Source: Candidatus Hadarchaeota archaeon | GTDB taxonomy: Archaea; Hadarchaeota; Hadarchaeia; Hadarchaeales; JAGGTB01 | DNA: 64,000 nucleotides | NCBI GenBank assembly: GCA_964510375.1 | Contig: CAZEBR010000001.1 | Coordinates: 37,207-101,206, forward strand | Direction of reading: 5' to 3' | Shown here: positions 47,163 to 56,695 of the stretch, piece by piece | Layout of the letters: every line of letters begins with the position of its first letter | Numbering within the stretch: the stretch's first letter is position 1 | Made by a program: the position numbers and the translations under genes | Notes under the pieces: model-generated | Database searches by the model: none | What the model was told of the DNA's origin: nothing | Seen by the model: only the letters and a program-made list of their open reading frames with translations

Positions 47163-47480
47163 ATGGCGGAAGGAAATCCTCCCTCTATGGACATGCCGCG
47201 ACTTTTCAATATTTTCGACATACCCGAGGTTAAGTCCGTCCGTGCCGCGTCCTCTTTGAGGTCCGATGTCGATTTGGAGGAAGTCTGGGGCAGGTTGTCT
47301 AGGGCTAGGAAGATTCGGACCTCCGGAAAGGAGGTTGTAAAGTTCGAGATTGGAAAAGGAAAATATTTGCTTCTCTTTCCTTCTGGTTATATCCAGATTT
47401 CGGCACCCGACGAGGACAGTATAAGGGAGATACTGAGGGCCTTCCGAAACGAGCTGTATGAAAATGGGCTCTTGAAATAA
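47163..47480 (+). CDS. Single-repeat TBP-like fold protein (mini-TBP?)
   Basis: 105 aa; KYLLLFPSGYIQISAPDEDSIREILRAFRNELYENGLL resembles the C-terminal strand-helix of one TBP repeat (..LLIFSSGK.VVTGAKS.E.I..A..), preceded by IFDIPEVKSV...DVDLEEV resembling the start of a repeat. Confidence 0.35.
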   Translation: MAEGNPPSMDMPRLFNIFDIPEVKSVRAASSLRSDVDLEEVWGRLSRARKIRTSGKEVVKFEIGKGKYLLLFPSGYIQISAPDEDSIREILRAFRNELYENGLLK

Positions 47481-47600
47481 TCTGACATTTGTAATCAGTC
47501 TACATATGAGAGAAAATATTTTGCCGGATTGATTATAAAATTTTTCTAAAAGGTATTTTTTCTTTAACAATTCTTCGAAAAAGTAAACGTTTATATAATC

Positions 47601-48089
47601 ATGCTCGATGTTAGTGGTTATGAGGAAAATATGTCAAATATTGATGAAACCGACAAGGAGATTATAAGAGCCTTAGAGACGGATGGTAGAGCCTCCTTCA
47701 GAGAAATAGCGGAGGATCTTGAAGTTTCTGAGGGGACTGTTTACAATCGAGTAAAGAAAATGGAAGAGGAGGGTATAATCAAAGGATTTTCAGTTCGAGC
47801 CGATTCGATGAAGCTCGGGAAGACGTTAGAGGCCGTGATAGGTCTTAAAGTCGATGGGGGTCATCTCGTTGAAGTTGAAGAAAAGCTTTCGGAGGAAGAG
47901 CCGGTTCGATGCGTTTACGATGTTACGGGGCAGTATGATGTAATCCTGATAGGAAGATTTGAAACAAGAGCAGAGTTAAATGAGTTCGTCAAAAAAACGC
48001 TTTCTCTAGAGCACGTGGAAAGATCTTCTACCCATTTGGTCTTGAACGTGGTAAAAGAAGACTTTAGGACCTTTGACCCGTTAGAGTGA
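47601..48089 (+). CDS. lrp: Lrp/AsnC family transcriptional regulator
   Basis: N-terminal HTH (DKEIIRALETDGRASFREIAEDLEVSEGTVYNRVKKMEEEGII) plus C-terminal RAM domain. Confidence 0.8.
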   Translation: MLDVSGYEENMSNIDETDKEIIRALETDGRASFREIAEDLEVSEGTVYNRVKKMEEEGIIKGFSVRADSMKLGKTLEAVIGLKVDGGHLVEVEEKLSEEEPVRCVYDVTGQYDVILIGRFETRAELNEFVKKTLSLEHVERSSTHLVLNVVKEDFRTFDPLE

Positions 48090-48099
48090 AATTTTGGAT

Positions 48100-50775
48100 C
48101 TATCTTAACCTTAGTTCCGCTCGGACTGTTTCGTCGCTTTCCTCTTCTATCTCGAAGCCCATTTTTTCTACTAGATTTATCATCCGTGTGTTTTCTTTCA
48201 TAATGGTACCGTAGATATAGTCTAACTCTTTATCTTCAGCGACTCCGATTATGGCATCGGTTAGTTTCTCGCCCAATCCTAGTCCTTGCCAAGGGTCTCC
48301 CACGACTACGGCGTATTCGCCGGCATTTTTGTCCGGATCTATTATGAGCCTGCCAACCCCGATCATTTTTCTTTCTCCTTCTTCCTCCAACACGCCAATA
48401 ATGGCCATTTCCCTCCGATAGTCGATGTTTGTAAACCTGACCATATCCTCGTGAGTTACATCCTTCATCGGGCCGAAAAATCTGTATCGCCAAGTTTCCT
48501 TTGAGAAGGTCTCGAAGAGCTCGAATTCTAGAGGTTCGTCCTCCGGCCTGATAGGACGGAGGGTAACGGGTCTTCCGTCATCCAGCTGCCATTCTTCAAT
48601 GTACTTTCGGGGATAGGATTCAAAGACCAAATGGTCCCTGTATTCCGAACCCTCTGTGACTTTGTCTTTATCGATAATCACCCTGGCGTCCAAGGCAAGG
48701 TACTCGTCCCCTGAACTCGCCAGAGGATTTATGTCGAGTTCCCTGATCTCCGGGAAGTCTATTATGAGTTGGGATAGCCTGACCAGGTGTTCTTCGATCA
48801 ACCTTAGTTGCTCATGAGAGTATTCGTCCGAATCCTTCATCTGTCGGTAGACCCTAGTGTCTTCCATGAGATGACGAGCCAAGCTTTGGTTGAGAGGGGG
48901 TAGGCCAACAGCGATATCTTGATAGTATTCTACGTCCGAACCTCCCTTCCCAAACACGATTGTGGAGCCGAAGGTTGGGTCAGTTTTCGAACCTAAGATT
49001 AGTTCAATGCGCTGATCTTGAATCATTTTTTGAACGGTTACTCCTTCTATCTCAGCGGAGGGGCGATTTTCTTTGACTCTCTCCATTATTTCTTCGTATT
49101 TCTCCTTTACTTCGTCCTTGGAGTTTATGTTAAGGGCAACACCGCCCACTTTTCTTTTATGAGTTATGTCCTCCGAGTATACCTTCAGAACTATCGGAAA
49201 ACCAAGTTTAGAGGCGTACTTTACAGCTTCTCTGGATGTGGATGCTATGTGCGTCGTCGGGGTTGGGATACCGTAGGTTCTCAAAATTTTCTTGGACTCC
49301 GTTTCCGTGAGGATTTCTCTGTCGTTTCTGGCGATCCTCCGAATCATCGCTTTAAGGTTGTATTTTGGAGGTGTTCTGTCGACTGGAAGCTCTTCGGGAG
49401 TTTCGAGAAGGCGTTCTAGATTCCTGGCGTATCGGTTCAGGTACATGTAAGCCTTTATAGACTGTTCGGGTGCCGATTGGACTGATAGGCCTCCTTGGCG
49501 TAGGATTTTACGGCCTTCTCCGACCTTTTCTCCACCCATCCAACACGCCAGGAGAGGCTTTTTCACGTTTTCCTTCAAGCCTTCTATGGCGTCAGCTGCG
49601 GAGGTAGGGGATAGAGTGCCGACGGGAGCGTAAATACAGAGGACGCCGTCCACATTCCCGTCCTCCAAACAGATTTCCGTGGCTTTTCTATACTGATTTG
49701 CGTTTGCGCCCCCGGTGACGTCGATGGGATTTGCTAAACTGGCCGTTGATGGTAGGGCCTCCTCTAGATCACTAACCGTAGAATCGGAAAGAGTGGCCAG
49801 ATCACCGCCCAGATCTATTAGGGCGTCCGTTGCCATTGCCCCGGGTCCGCCCGCATTAGTGACGATTGCAATTTGTGATCCCTCCGGTAGATCCTGCTTC
49901 GCTAGAGTCTCGGAGCAGGTGAAGAGATCATCTATTGTATCCACTCGGGTTACCCCGCATCTTTTGAAAACAGCATCATATACCTCATCGGCTCCGGCTA
50001 GAGATCCAGTGTGCGAAGCGACTGCCTGTGCACTTTTCTTATGCTTACCGGATTTCACAGCCATGATTGGTTGAGTTCTTGCAAAGCCTCTGGCGGCGCT
50101 TACGAATTCCTTGGCATCCTTGATCGCTTCGATGTACATGAGAATGCTGCCGGTTCTTGGGTCTCTACCAAAGTAGTCTATTAGGTCCGAGAAGTCGACG
50201 TCGACCATGTTACCGACCGAGACGAAACTGCTGAAGCCAAACTGGGCGGAAATGGCCCAGTCAAGTGTAGCGGAAGCAAGGGCTCCGCTCTGGGAAAGAA
50301 AGGCAATTTCTCCGGAATCGGGCATCTGGTTCGTAAAAGAAGCGTTCAAATCTTGGGAGGGGTTTATTATTCCCAAGCAGTTTGGCCCGATGATCCTCAT
50401 ATCATATTCTTTATTTGCCTCTGAGATTTCCTGTTCGAGTTTTTTTCCTTCTTTACCAGTCTCGCTGAATCCGGCGGATATAATTACTAGTCCTCCGATT
50501 CCCGATTCGCCGCACTCCTCCACCACTTGGGGTACCGTCGGAGCGGGCGTGGCTATCACCCCGAGATCTACGGATTCTGGGATTTCGGTTACTTTCGATT
50601 TCGACTTCAATCCTAATACTTCGTCACGGTTTGGGTTTACCGGATATAATTCGCCCTTTGGCCTTTCCATTAGATTCTCCATAATGGTACGCCCGATGGA
50701 GTCTTTCTCTTCGGATGCGCCCACAACTGCGATATTTTCTGGCTTGAAAATGTTATCTAATCCGTGAGATGGCAT
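48100..50775 (-). CDS. Pat-like protein acetyltransferase: ADP-forming acyl-CoA synthetase (alpha+beta, NDP-forming) fused to C-terminal GNAT domain
   Basis: 891 aa; CoA-binding/SCS-like N-terminus, ATP-grasp middle, C-terminal GNAT (..AIIGV....MIGVGRLI...EYAVVVGDPWQGLGLGEKL); domain order as bacterial Pat/YfiQ. Confidence 0.75.
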   Translation of the reverse strand: MPSHGLDNIFKPENIAVVGASEEKDSIGRTIMENLMERPKGELYPVNPNRDEVLGLKSKSKVTEIPESVDLGVIATPAPTVPQVVEECGESGIGGLVIISAGFSETGKEGKKLEQEISEANKEYDMRIIGPNCLGIINPSQDLNASFTNQMPDSGEIAFLSQSGALASATLDWAISAQFGFSSFVSVGNMVDVDFSDLIDYFGRDPRTGSILMYIEAIKDAKEFVSAARGFARTQPIMAVKSGKHKKSAQAVASHTGSLAGADEVYDAVFKRCGVTRVDTIDDLFTCSETLAKQDLPEGSQIAIVTNAGGPGAMATDALIDLGGDLATLSDSTVSDLEEALPSTASLANPIDVTGGANANQYRKATEICLEDGNVDGVLCIYAPVGTLSPTSAADAIEGLKENVKKPLLACWMGGEKVGEGRKILRQGGLSVQSAPEQSIKAYMYLNRYARNLERLLETPEELPVDRTPPKYNLKAMIRRIARNDREILTETESKKILRTYGIPTPTTHIASTSREAVKYASKLGFPIVLKVYSEDITHKRKVGGVALNINSKDEVKEKYEEIMERVKENRPSAEIEGVTVQKMIQDQRIELILGSKTDPTFGSTIVFGKGGSDVEYYQDIAVGLPPLNQSLARHLMEDTRVYRQMKDSDEYSHEQLRLIEEHLVRLSQLIIDFPEIRELDINPLASSGDEYLALDARVIIDKDKVTEGSEYRDHLVFESYPRKYIEEWQLDDGRPVTLRPIRPEDEPLEFELFETFSKETWRYRFFGPMKDVTHEDMVRFTNIDYRREMAIIGVLEEEGERKMIGVGRLIIDPDKNAGEYAVVVGDPWQGLGLGEKLTDAIIGVAEDKELDYIYGTIMKENTRMINLVEKMGFEIEEESDETVRAELRLR

Positions 50776-50953
50776 TTTATACCTCTAACTTTCATAGTTC
50801 TATTTTAATTTTTGATATGTGATTAATCTTTTTATATCCGGGGACTTTTTTTATAAAGATGTTTTATACAGCTCTGGAATTACTCCTTTAGTCTATACAC
50901 CGTTAATAGGGATGATGGAAAATAATAGGGCCTTTATTTTGTTATAAGGAATT

Positions 50954-51295
50954 TTATGTATCTAATTCATTCAAAAGGCTCTTATATATCTCGTAAAGCC
51001 CGCCTTTGCTTATGCCAAGAGCTTGAGAGATTTCTACTTGGCTTCTCCAGTCACCCGTTTCATTTACTGCGATGTAAATAGCGGCGGCGAGTAAACTGTT
51101 CGGATTTTTGTCTTCTGCTATTCCCTTTTCGTCCGCTTTCTTGATTATTTCAATTGCCTTCTCTTGGGTCTCTTCCGACAGGCCGAGTTCCTCGGCCGCT
51201 TTTGGCATGAGATTCGATAAAATGCTCATCAGATCTGATTTTACCATTTTTCTGTCATCGTTCATCATGTTTTCACTTCGATTGTTTACTCTCAT
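50954..51295 (-). CDS. Stand-alone TFIIB/TFB cyclin-fold-like small protein (mini-TFB?)
   Basis: 113 aa; LSEETQEKAIEIIKKADEKGIAEDKNPNSLLAAAIYIAVNETGDWRSQVEISQALGISKGGLYEIYKSL parallels one TFB core cyclin repeat (AAAIYIA.R....T..EI........EI...Y..I). Confidence 0.4.
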   Translation of the reverse strand: MRVNNRSENMMNDDRKMVKSDLMSILSNLMPKAAEELGLSEETQEKAIEIIKKADEKGIAEDKNPNSLLAAAIYIAVNETGDWRSQVEISQALGISKGGLYEIYKSLLNELDT

Positions 51296-51375
51296 CTAAC
51301 GGACCATCGTCTTATAAGCTTTCGTAATTGATTTTTGAAGCTCGCTACTTTCTTTTAGAATAGATTAGAATTTTT

Positions 51376-53265
51376 CTAGGAAATTTTTTCTTTTATTTTT
51401 TCCTCTAAAATGGCATGAACAGTTTTTCCGTCTGCTTTTCCTCCAACTTCCTGCATTGCCAATCCCATAAGAGCATCTATTGATTTTTCTCCTCTTTCTT
51501 CTATTAAATCTTCTTTATCTTCAACTATTTCCGATATTATATCGGATATCTTTTTCTCATCCATCTTTTGTATTCCTAAATCTTCGATTGACTCTTTTAC
51601 GGATGATCCCTTTCCAACCTCTTTTAGGATGTTAATCAGGGAGTCTTTCGGTATTTTATCTTCGGATATGAGCTTGAATAGTTTTTTTATCGAGGATTCG
51701 TTGATATTTTCCACTGGGATTCCTTCTCCCTTTAATTGGATCATCGTTTGTTCAAGGGTCGAAGCAACTAGGGTTGGATTCACATCGTATTCTTCTACAA
51801 TTTCTTCGAATAATCCGGATTTATTGGAAGTGCTCATTTGTTTGGCAAGGTCCTCGCTGAGCCCGAATTCTTTTAGGTATCTCTTTCTTTTCGCATCTGG
51901 CCTTTCCGGTAGTCCATCCTTTATCTCTTCTATCTTGTCCTCCGAGATATTGGTCGGCGGAACGTCGGTTTCAACGTACATCCGCGCAGCTCCGGGGAGA
52001 GGTCTCATATACTGAGTGTCGCCATCGGGCAAGGCTCTCCTAGTTTCTTCCGGAATACCCTCGAAGGCTTTGTTTGCTCTATTGATGACGGCTTCCAGTC
52101 CCTTCTCGGCCCTGTCTCTCTCGTCAGCAATCATGACTATTGCATCGTCCTTAGAAGTTTCTAGTTCGCTCTTTAGTTCTCTTATTTCACCCTCGGTAAT
52201 TCCATAGTCCGGAAGTTCGTCCGTGTGGAAAAGGCCCCCAACCCCTCCGTAAACTTGTGCGTAATCCGACAACTCGGTTCCGAATCTTCTGTCGGGGGAT
52301 AGTTCCTTTCCGAGAAGTCCCGCAAATCCCGAAAGCGTGACGGCATAGACGCCACCACCCTCAGATATAGTTTTTTTCAGAAGATTTGAGTCGGTATCGG
52401 AGAATATTTCGGTGACATCGTGGATTTCTTTATTCGGTCTTTTTACATCTCTCTCTTCCAACTCTTCTTTTATCTCCAACAACTTTGCCTGCCTGCTTAC
52501 CTCCCTCTCGATTACTGTTTTGATAAGAGATAGTTCCTGAACTCCTTTGATTTCCTGTCTGGCTCCATCCTCGATCGAGACGTTAACGTCCTGACGGATA
52601 GTTCCGATTCCCCTTTTTACCTTTCCCGTCGCTCTGAGGATTTTACCGATTTTTTCCGCAGCTTTTGCAGTTTCTTCCGGACTGTTAAAATCGGGTGCCG
52701 TTGCGATTTCCAGTAGTGGAATACCGAGTCGATCCAATCTGTATTTCACGAAATCGGACCCTTCGTCTATTTTTCTTGCGGCGTCTTCCTCAAGGCAGAT
52801 TGTGGGTAGGCCTATCCTTTTTCCGTTTATTTCCATCTGTCCGTCCGTGGCTATCAGGATTGTCCGCTGGAACCCCGCCGTATTGCTCCCGTCGATTACC
52901 GTTTTTCTCATTACGTGGGCTTCGTCAATGGGAGTGGCATCAAGCAGCAGCGAAGCTTCCAAGGCAATATCCCTCGCCTCCTCGTTTACGGTATGTGGTG
53001 GCTCTTCGTCCAGTTCGACAAGGCAGACGTTGTCGGGATGGACTTCGTATTTGAATCTTTTGCTCTTTTCGGCTTCGGCGAGTGCCGCGCGGTCTATTTC
53101 CCCGAGCTCGCTTTCAGTCGGTCTAAGTTCCCTATTTACGGTTATTGAGGGATCCTCGTCCCGAAGTTCGGAAGGACAGTCACAGAATAGCTTGTGAGTG
53201 TCGAGTTCTTGGTGAATTTCAAAGCCGGCTTTCAAACCGAGTTCTTCGTAATCCAATTTCTCCAT
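51376..53265 (-). CDS. gatE: Glutamyl-tRNA(Gln) amidotransferase subunit E
   Basis: 629 aa; GatB/E catalytic core plus archaea-specific insertion and C-terminal YqeY-like tail. Confidence 0.9.
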   Translation of the reverse strand: MEKLDYEELGLKAGFEIHQELDTHKLFCDCPSELRDEDPSITVNRELRPTESELGEIDRAALAEAEKSKRFKYEVHPDNVCLVELDEEPPHTVNEEARDIALEASLLLDATPIDEAHVMRKTVIDGSNTAGFQRTILIATDGQMEINGKRIGLPTICLEEDAARKIDEGSDFVKYRLDRLGIPLLEIATAPDFNSPEETAKAAEKIGKILRATGKVKRGIGTIRQDVNVSIEDGARQEIKGVQELSLIKTVIEREVSRQAKLLEIKEELEERDVKRPNKEIHDVTEIFSDTDSNLLKKTISEGGGVYAVTLSGFAGLLGKELSPDRRFGTELSDYAQVYGGVGGLFHTDELPDYGITEGEIRELKSELETSKDDAIVMIADERDRAEKGLEAVINRANKAFEGIPEETRRALPDGDTQYMRPLPGAARMYVETDVPPTNISEDKIEEIKDGLPERPDAKRKRYLKEFGLSEDLAKQMSTSNKSGLFEEIVEEYDVNPTLVASTLEQTMIQLKGEGIPVENINESSIKKLFKLISEDKIPKDSLINILKEVGKGSSVKESIEDLGIQKMDEKKISDIISEIVEDKEDLIEERGEKSIDALMGLAMQEVGGKADGKTVHAILEEKIKEKIS

Positions 53266-53267
53266 CT

Positions 53268-54623
53268 TCAGTCTTCCTCCGGTAAATTGCTCTTAAGATA
53301 GGTATCGGCTCGACTGCGGTCGGAAATCTCTCCGGCGAGGTTCTCTTTCATTAGGGATTCGACCTCATCGGGTTCTTGTGTTTTGTCGAGAACCCACATC
53401 ATTTTCACGTAAGCGGTTTCGGGCAACATATCCTCCAGTGAAAATACCCCTTTGTCCAGCAAATCCCGACCCGTGGAGTAAACTCTCATGTTGGTCCTCC
53501 CCCATAGGCACTGAGAGGTCATGGCGACGGGAATATCTTCGTTTATTGCTTCTTCGATCCCGTCCTGCAAGGACTTTGGAGCGTGTCCTAATCCTGTGCC
53601 CTCCAAAACAATTCCTTTGTAACCGTCCTCGATTAATTTCCTTATAATGTCAGATTGAATATTTGGATATACTTTGAGTAAAGCCACTTTTTCCTCGAAT
53701 CCGTTTCTGAGTTTCAATTTTTCTTTTTCCTCTCCATCATTAATTTCCTCTCGGAATAGTTCTATCTCCCCTTTCCTGTTCACTCGTCCGATCGGGGTTT
53801 CATTGATAGTCTGGAAAGCGTCTCTCCGGCTGGTATGGCACTTTCTCACTTTTGTCCCCGGGTGAATTAGACAGAACTCGTCCTCGGTCGATCCGTGCAT
53901 TACCGTGTAGACTCCCGAGAGATTTGAAGACGCAGTGGATACGGCACCTATTAAGTTCAGTGCGGCGTCGCTGCTGGGCCGATCTGAAGACCTCTGAGAT
54001 CCGACTAGGACGACAGGCTTGTTCAAGTTTTCAAGCATAAAACTGAGCGCGGAGGCCGTGTATCCCATGGTGTCGGTCCCGTGTGCTATCACGACACCTT
54101 CTGCATCATTCCTGAGTTCCTCCACGGTTTTTTCTCCTATTTCCGACCAGAGCTCAGGAGTCATATTTTCGCTGAGAACGTTGCACGCGGTTTTTGCCCT
54201 GATATTTGCTATTTCGGCTATTTCCGGACTCATGTTGTAAATCTCGGCGGTAGAAAATGCGGGATGGACGGCTCCAGTTCTGTAATCAATTTTGGAAGCT
54301 ACGGTCCCTCCTGTTCCTATGATGGTAACATCGGGCTTGTCGGGATCGGGTTCCACCTCTACGGGCGTTTTTCCCATCTCTGGCTCTTTTCCTTCCTTTA
54401 TCTTTTCTATTCGTGTTTCTTCAGAAACCTGCAGACCGACATTGTAACCGTTGTCCAGTTTTAGTACTATGTGGTCGGGTTCCCTCCCCTCAGTTCTGGG
54501 CATGAGTAACCCTTCGAAAGTTTGTTCCTTTTTTTCGACCCTGACTCTGTCTCCTATCTCGGCTTTTGCTGATTTAATCAGGCCTTCAGCTTTGCCTTGA
54601 TAGCTATTCATGTGAATGACCAA
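53268..54623 (-). CDS. gatD: Glutamyl-tRNA(Gln) amidotransferase subunit D (asparaginase-like)
   Basis: 451 aa; asparaginase motifs (IIGTGGTVASK, HGTDTM); 2-nt gap to gatE on same strand. Confidence 0.9.
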   Translation of the reverse strand: MVIHMNSYQGKAEGLIKSAKAEIGDRVRVEKKEQTFEGLLMPRTEGREPDHIVLKLDNGYNVGLQVSEETRIEKIKEGKEPEMGKTPVEVEPDPDKPDVTIIGTGGTVASKIDYRTGAVHPAFSTAEIYNMSPEIAEIANIRAKTACNVLSENMTPELWSEIGEKTVEELRNDAEGVVIAHGTDTMGYTASALSFMLENLNKPVVLVGSQRSSDRPSSDAALNLIGAVSTASSNLSGVYTVMHGSTEDEFCLIHPGTKVRKCHTSRRDAFQTINETPIGRVNRKGEIELFREEINDGEEKEKLKLRNGFEEKVALLKVYPNIQSDIIRKLIEDGYKGIVLEGTGLGHAPKSLQDGIEEAINEDIPVAMTSQCLWGRTNMRVYSTGRDLLDKGVFSLEDMLPETAYVKMMWVLDKTQEPDEVESLMKENLAGEISDRSRADTYLKSNLPEED

Positions 54624-54677
54624 TTGGCAATAGTGCTGGTCCGATTTAAAATTTCATATCGGAAAGAAAAAGGGGAT

Positions 54678-56630
54678 TCATGCCATTTGGTTGGGGGATA
54701 CGTAGTCTCCGTATTTCTCTCTGGCTTCTTCTAACCGTTGTTCCTGTTTTTCAAGCTCTTCGAAGAGTTCCTTGGGGGGATTCTCAACTTTTTCTCTGTA
54801 AATTTTCCTTATCCGCTCGATTTTAGCTAGGTGTTCCGGTATTCTTAGGGTGAACTGTTCTTCGTATTCCTTTCTGGTGTACTCTTTGTCCAGAACTTCG
54901 GAAAACAATCGTTTTAAGTCCTCGTACTTCGGGATGTAACCGGTAGGAGTTTTAATTGCTTTCACGTCTCGGTTGGCTCGAAGATCCATCCACTTGAGCC
55001 AGACCTTTTTGTCATGCATATCGTTCAGGTATTCACCGCACTCGTCTTTGAGGAAATAGTTCGCCGAAAATATCGAGGGTCTTTCATCCAGTTTTTTTCC
55101 GAATCTTAGTTGATGAGCGATGTAATCTCCGATCGGTATCGATAGGAAGTCCAGATTTGACATCGGATTAAATCTCCTCTCTCCGGACTTGCCGAGGGTC
55201 GCCGACGTGGTTTCTGATTCGAGGGTGGCCCCTTTGGTAAGGATACCGTGTTTCCAGTTGAATGCTTCTTCTATCGGGACACAGGTGTCGGAATCTCTAC
55301 CCCCATAGATTATACCGTCAAGTGAAACCCCTTCAGTATTTTCGAGATTTGGGTCTGCGTTCTCCAAATCCGATATTCTCAGCGTGTATCTCGCGTTCCT
55401 GTGGGAGGGGTCGATCAGGTTTCCGTCCGAATCTCTCTTGCCCTTCCACCACTTGCCCGAGTGGTTGATTCCCTCCTCCGGAGTTTCTTGTCCCATCCCC
55501 ATCCAGTACGGTTTGCCATCATTTACCAAAACGTTGGAGAAGATTACCTCTCCGGGCGTGGTGACGGAATTCCATATTAATGGATCGTCCTCCGGGTTTA
55601 CGTCTCTTATGATTCCAAAAATTCCGTTTTCCGGATTAGCTGCTCTTACCTCCCCATCTATTTCCCGAAGATATGCAATATCATCACCAATCAGATTTTC
55701 ATCCTTAATCATCGAGGTGGAAGTTTTTCCGCATCCAGAGGGATATGCTCCGGTAAAGTAAGAGGTTCTTCCCTTGGGACCGTTTACTCCCATTATAAAC
55801 ATGTGTTCGGTCAACCAGCCCTCTTCATATCCTTTTTTAATCGCCAATCTCATGGCTAGTTTTTTTGCGCCGATGGTGTTTCCACCGTATTGAGTATTTG
55901 TAGAATATACTACGTTTGAGTCAAGATCCGTGTAAACTCTTCTCTTGTCGATCTCTTTCGAAACGCCATCTTCAAGGGTCCCGGCTGAGTGCACGAATTT
56001 AAAAAAGTCTTCCTTCCTATCAAAATTTCTTCTTTTGAAGAGGTCATATCCATCCCTATAGAGTATATCTTCGGAGTGAGCAACATATGTGGAGTCCGTG
56101 ATTTGAAGCACTGGCATCGAGAATGGGGATTTTTTCGGACCGAGACAGAAGAAGCATATGTAAGCTTCCTTTCCTTCCATGATGTTTTTTAAGTATCCGT
56201 GGACCTCTTCCAGACCTTTTTCTCGGTCTATGCTATTGAACTGAGGACCTATTTCTTCTTGGGGTGATGTGAGGAATTTTGTATTTCCTTTATCCCTAGC
56301 TTGATCGTTATATCCATCATAATGGACGGTATGTCCTTCCATTTCCAGAGGTTTCTCTTCTGCCTTTTCGATGGATCTATTTCTGATGTATTTCGCATCC
56401 TCGTCGCTATTAGCCCTGACAAAAGCGGAGTCCGGGTTGCAGAGCTTGAGGTATTTTGCAACAAATTCAGTTACGGCCGGGTTGTTTAACTTAACTAGTT
56501 TTTGATATCCCTCTTCTCCGCATTTCTCCTTTAGTACTTTTTCTTTGTCGGCAACTCTGGGTAGAAACTCTTCTGCTTTCATTTCAGGGGCCGTGCCTTC
56601 TGTTTTCTTTCGGGTTAACTTTTCACTCAT
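54678..56630 (-). CDS. pckG: Phosphoenolpyruvate carboxykinase (GTP)
   Basis: 650 aa; GTP-PEPCK kinase motifs (AYPSGCGKTSTSM, FGGRDSD..). Confidence 0.9.
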   Translation of the reverse strand: MSEKLTRKKTEGTAPEMKAEEFLPRVADKEKVLKEKCGEEGYQKLVKLNNPAVTEFVAKYLKLCNPDSAFVRANSDEDAKYIRNRSIEKAEEKPLEMEGHTVHYDGYNDQARDKGNTKFLTSPQEEIGPQFNSIDREKGLEEVHGYLKNIMEGKEAYICFFCLGPKKSPFSMPVLQITDSTYVAHSEDILYRDGYDLFKRRNFDRKEDFFKFVHSAGTLEDGVSKEIDKRRVYTDLDSNVVYSTNTQYGGNTIGAKKLAMRLAIKKGYEEGWLTEHMFIMGVNGPKGRTSYFTGAYPSGCGKTSTSMIKDENLIGDDIAYLREIDGEVRAANPENGIFGIIRDVNPEDDPLIWNSVTTPGEVIFSNVLVNDGKPYWMGMGQETPEEGINHSGKWWKGKRDSDGNLIDPSHRNARYTLRISDLENADPNLENTEGVSLDGIIYGGRDSDTCVPIEEAFNWKHGILTKGATLESETTSATLGKSGERRFNPMSNLDFLSIPIGDYIAHQLRFGKKLDERPSIFSANYFLKDECGEYLNDMHDKKVWLKWMDLRANRDVKAIKTPTGYIPKYEDLKRLFSEVLDKEYTRKEYEEQFTLRIPEHLAKIERIRKIYREKVENPPKELFEELEKQEQRLEEAREKYGDYVSPNQMA

Positions 56631-56695
56631 TTTCTATCCTTCTTTTTCCCTAAATGGTAAGGTTTATAAGGTTTTCTGTTAACAAAATGTTAAGC

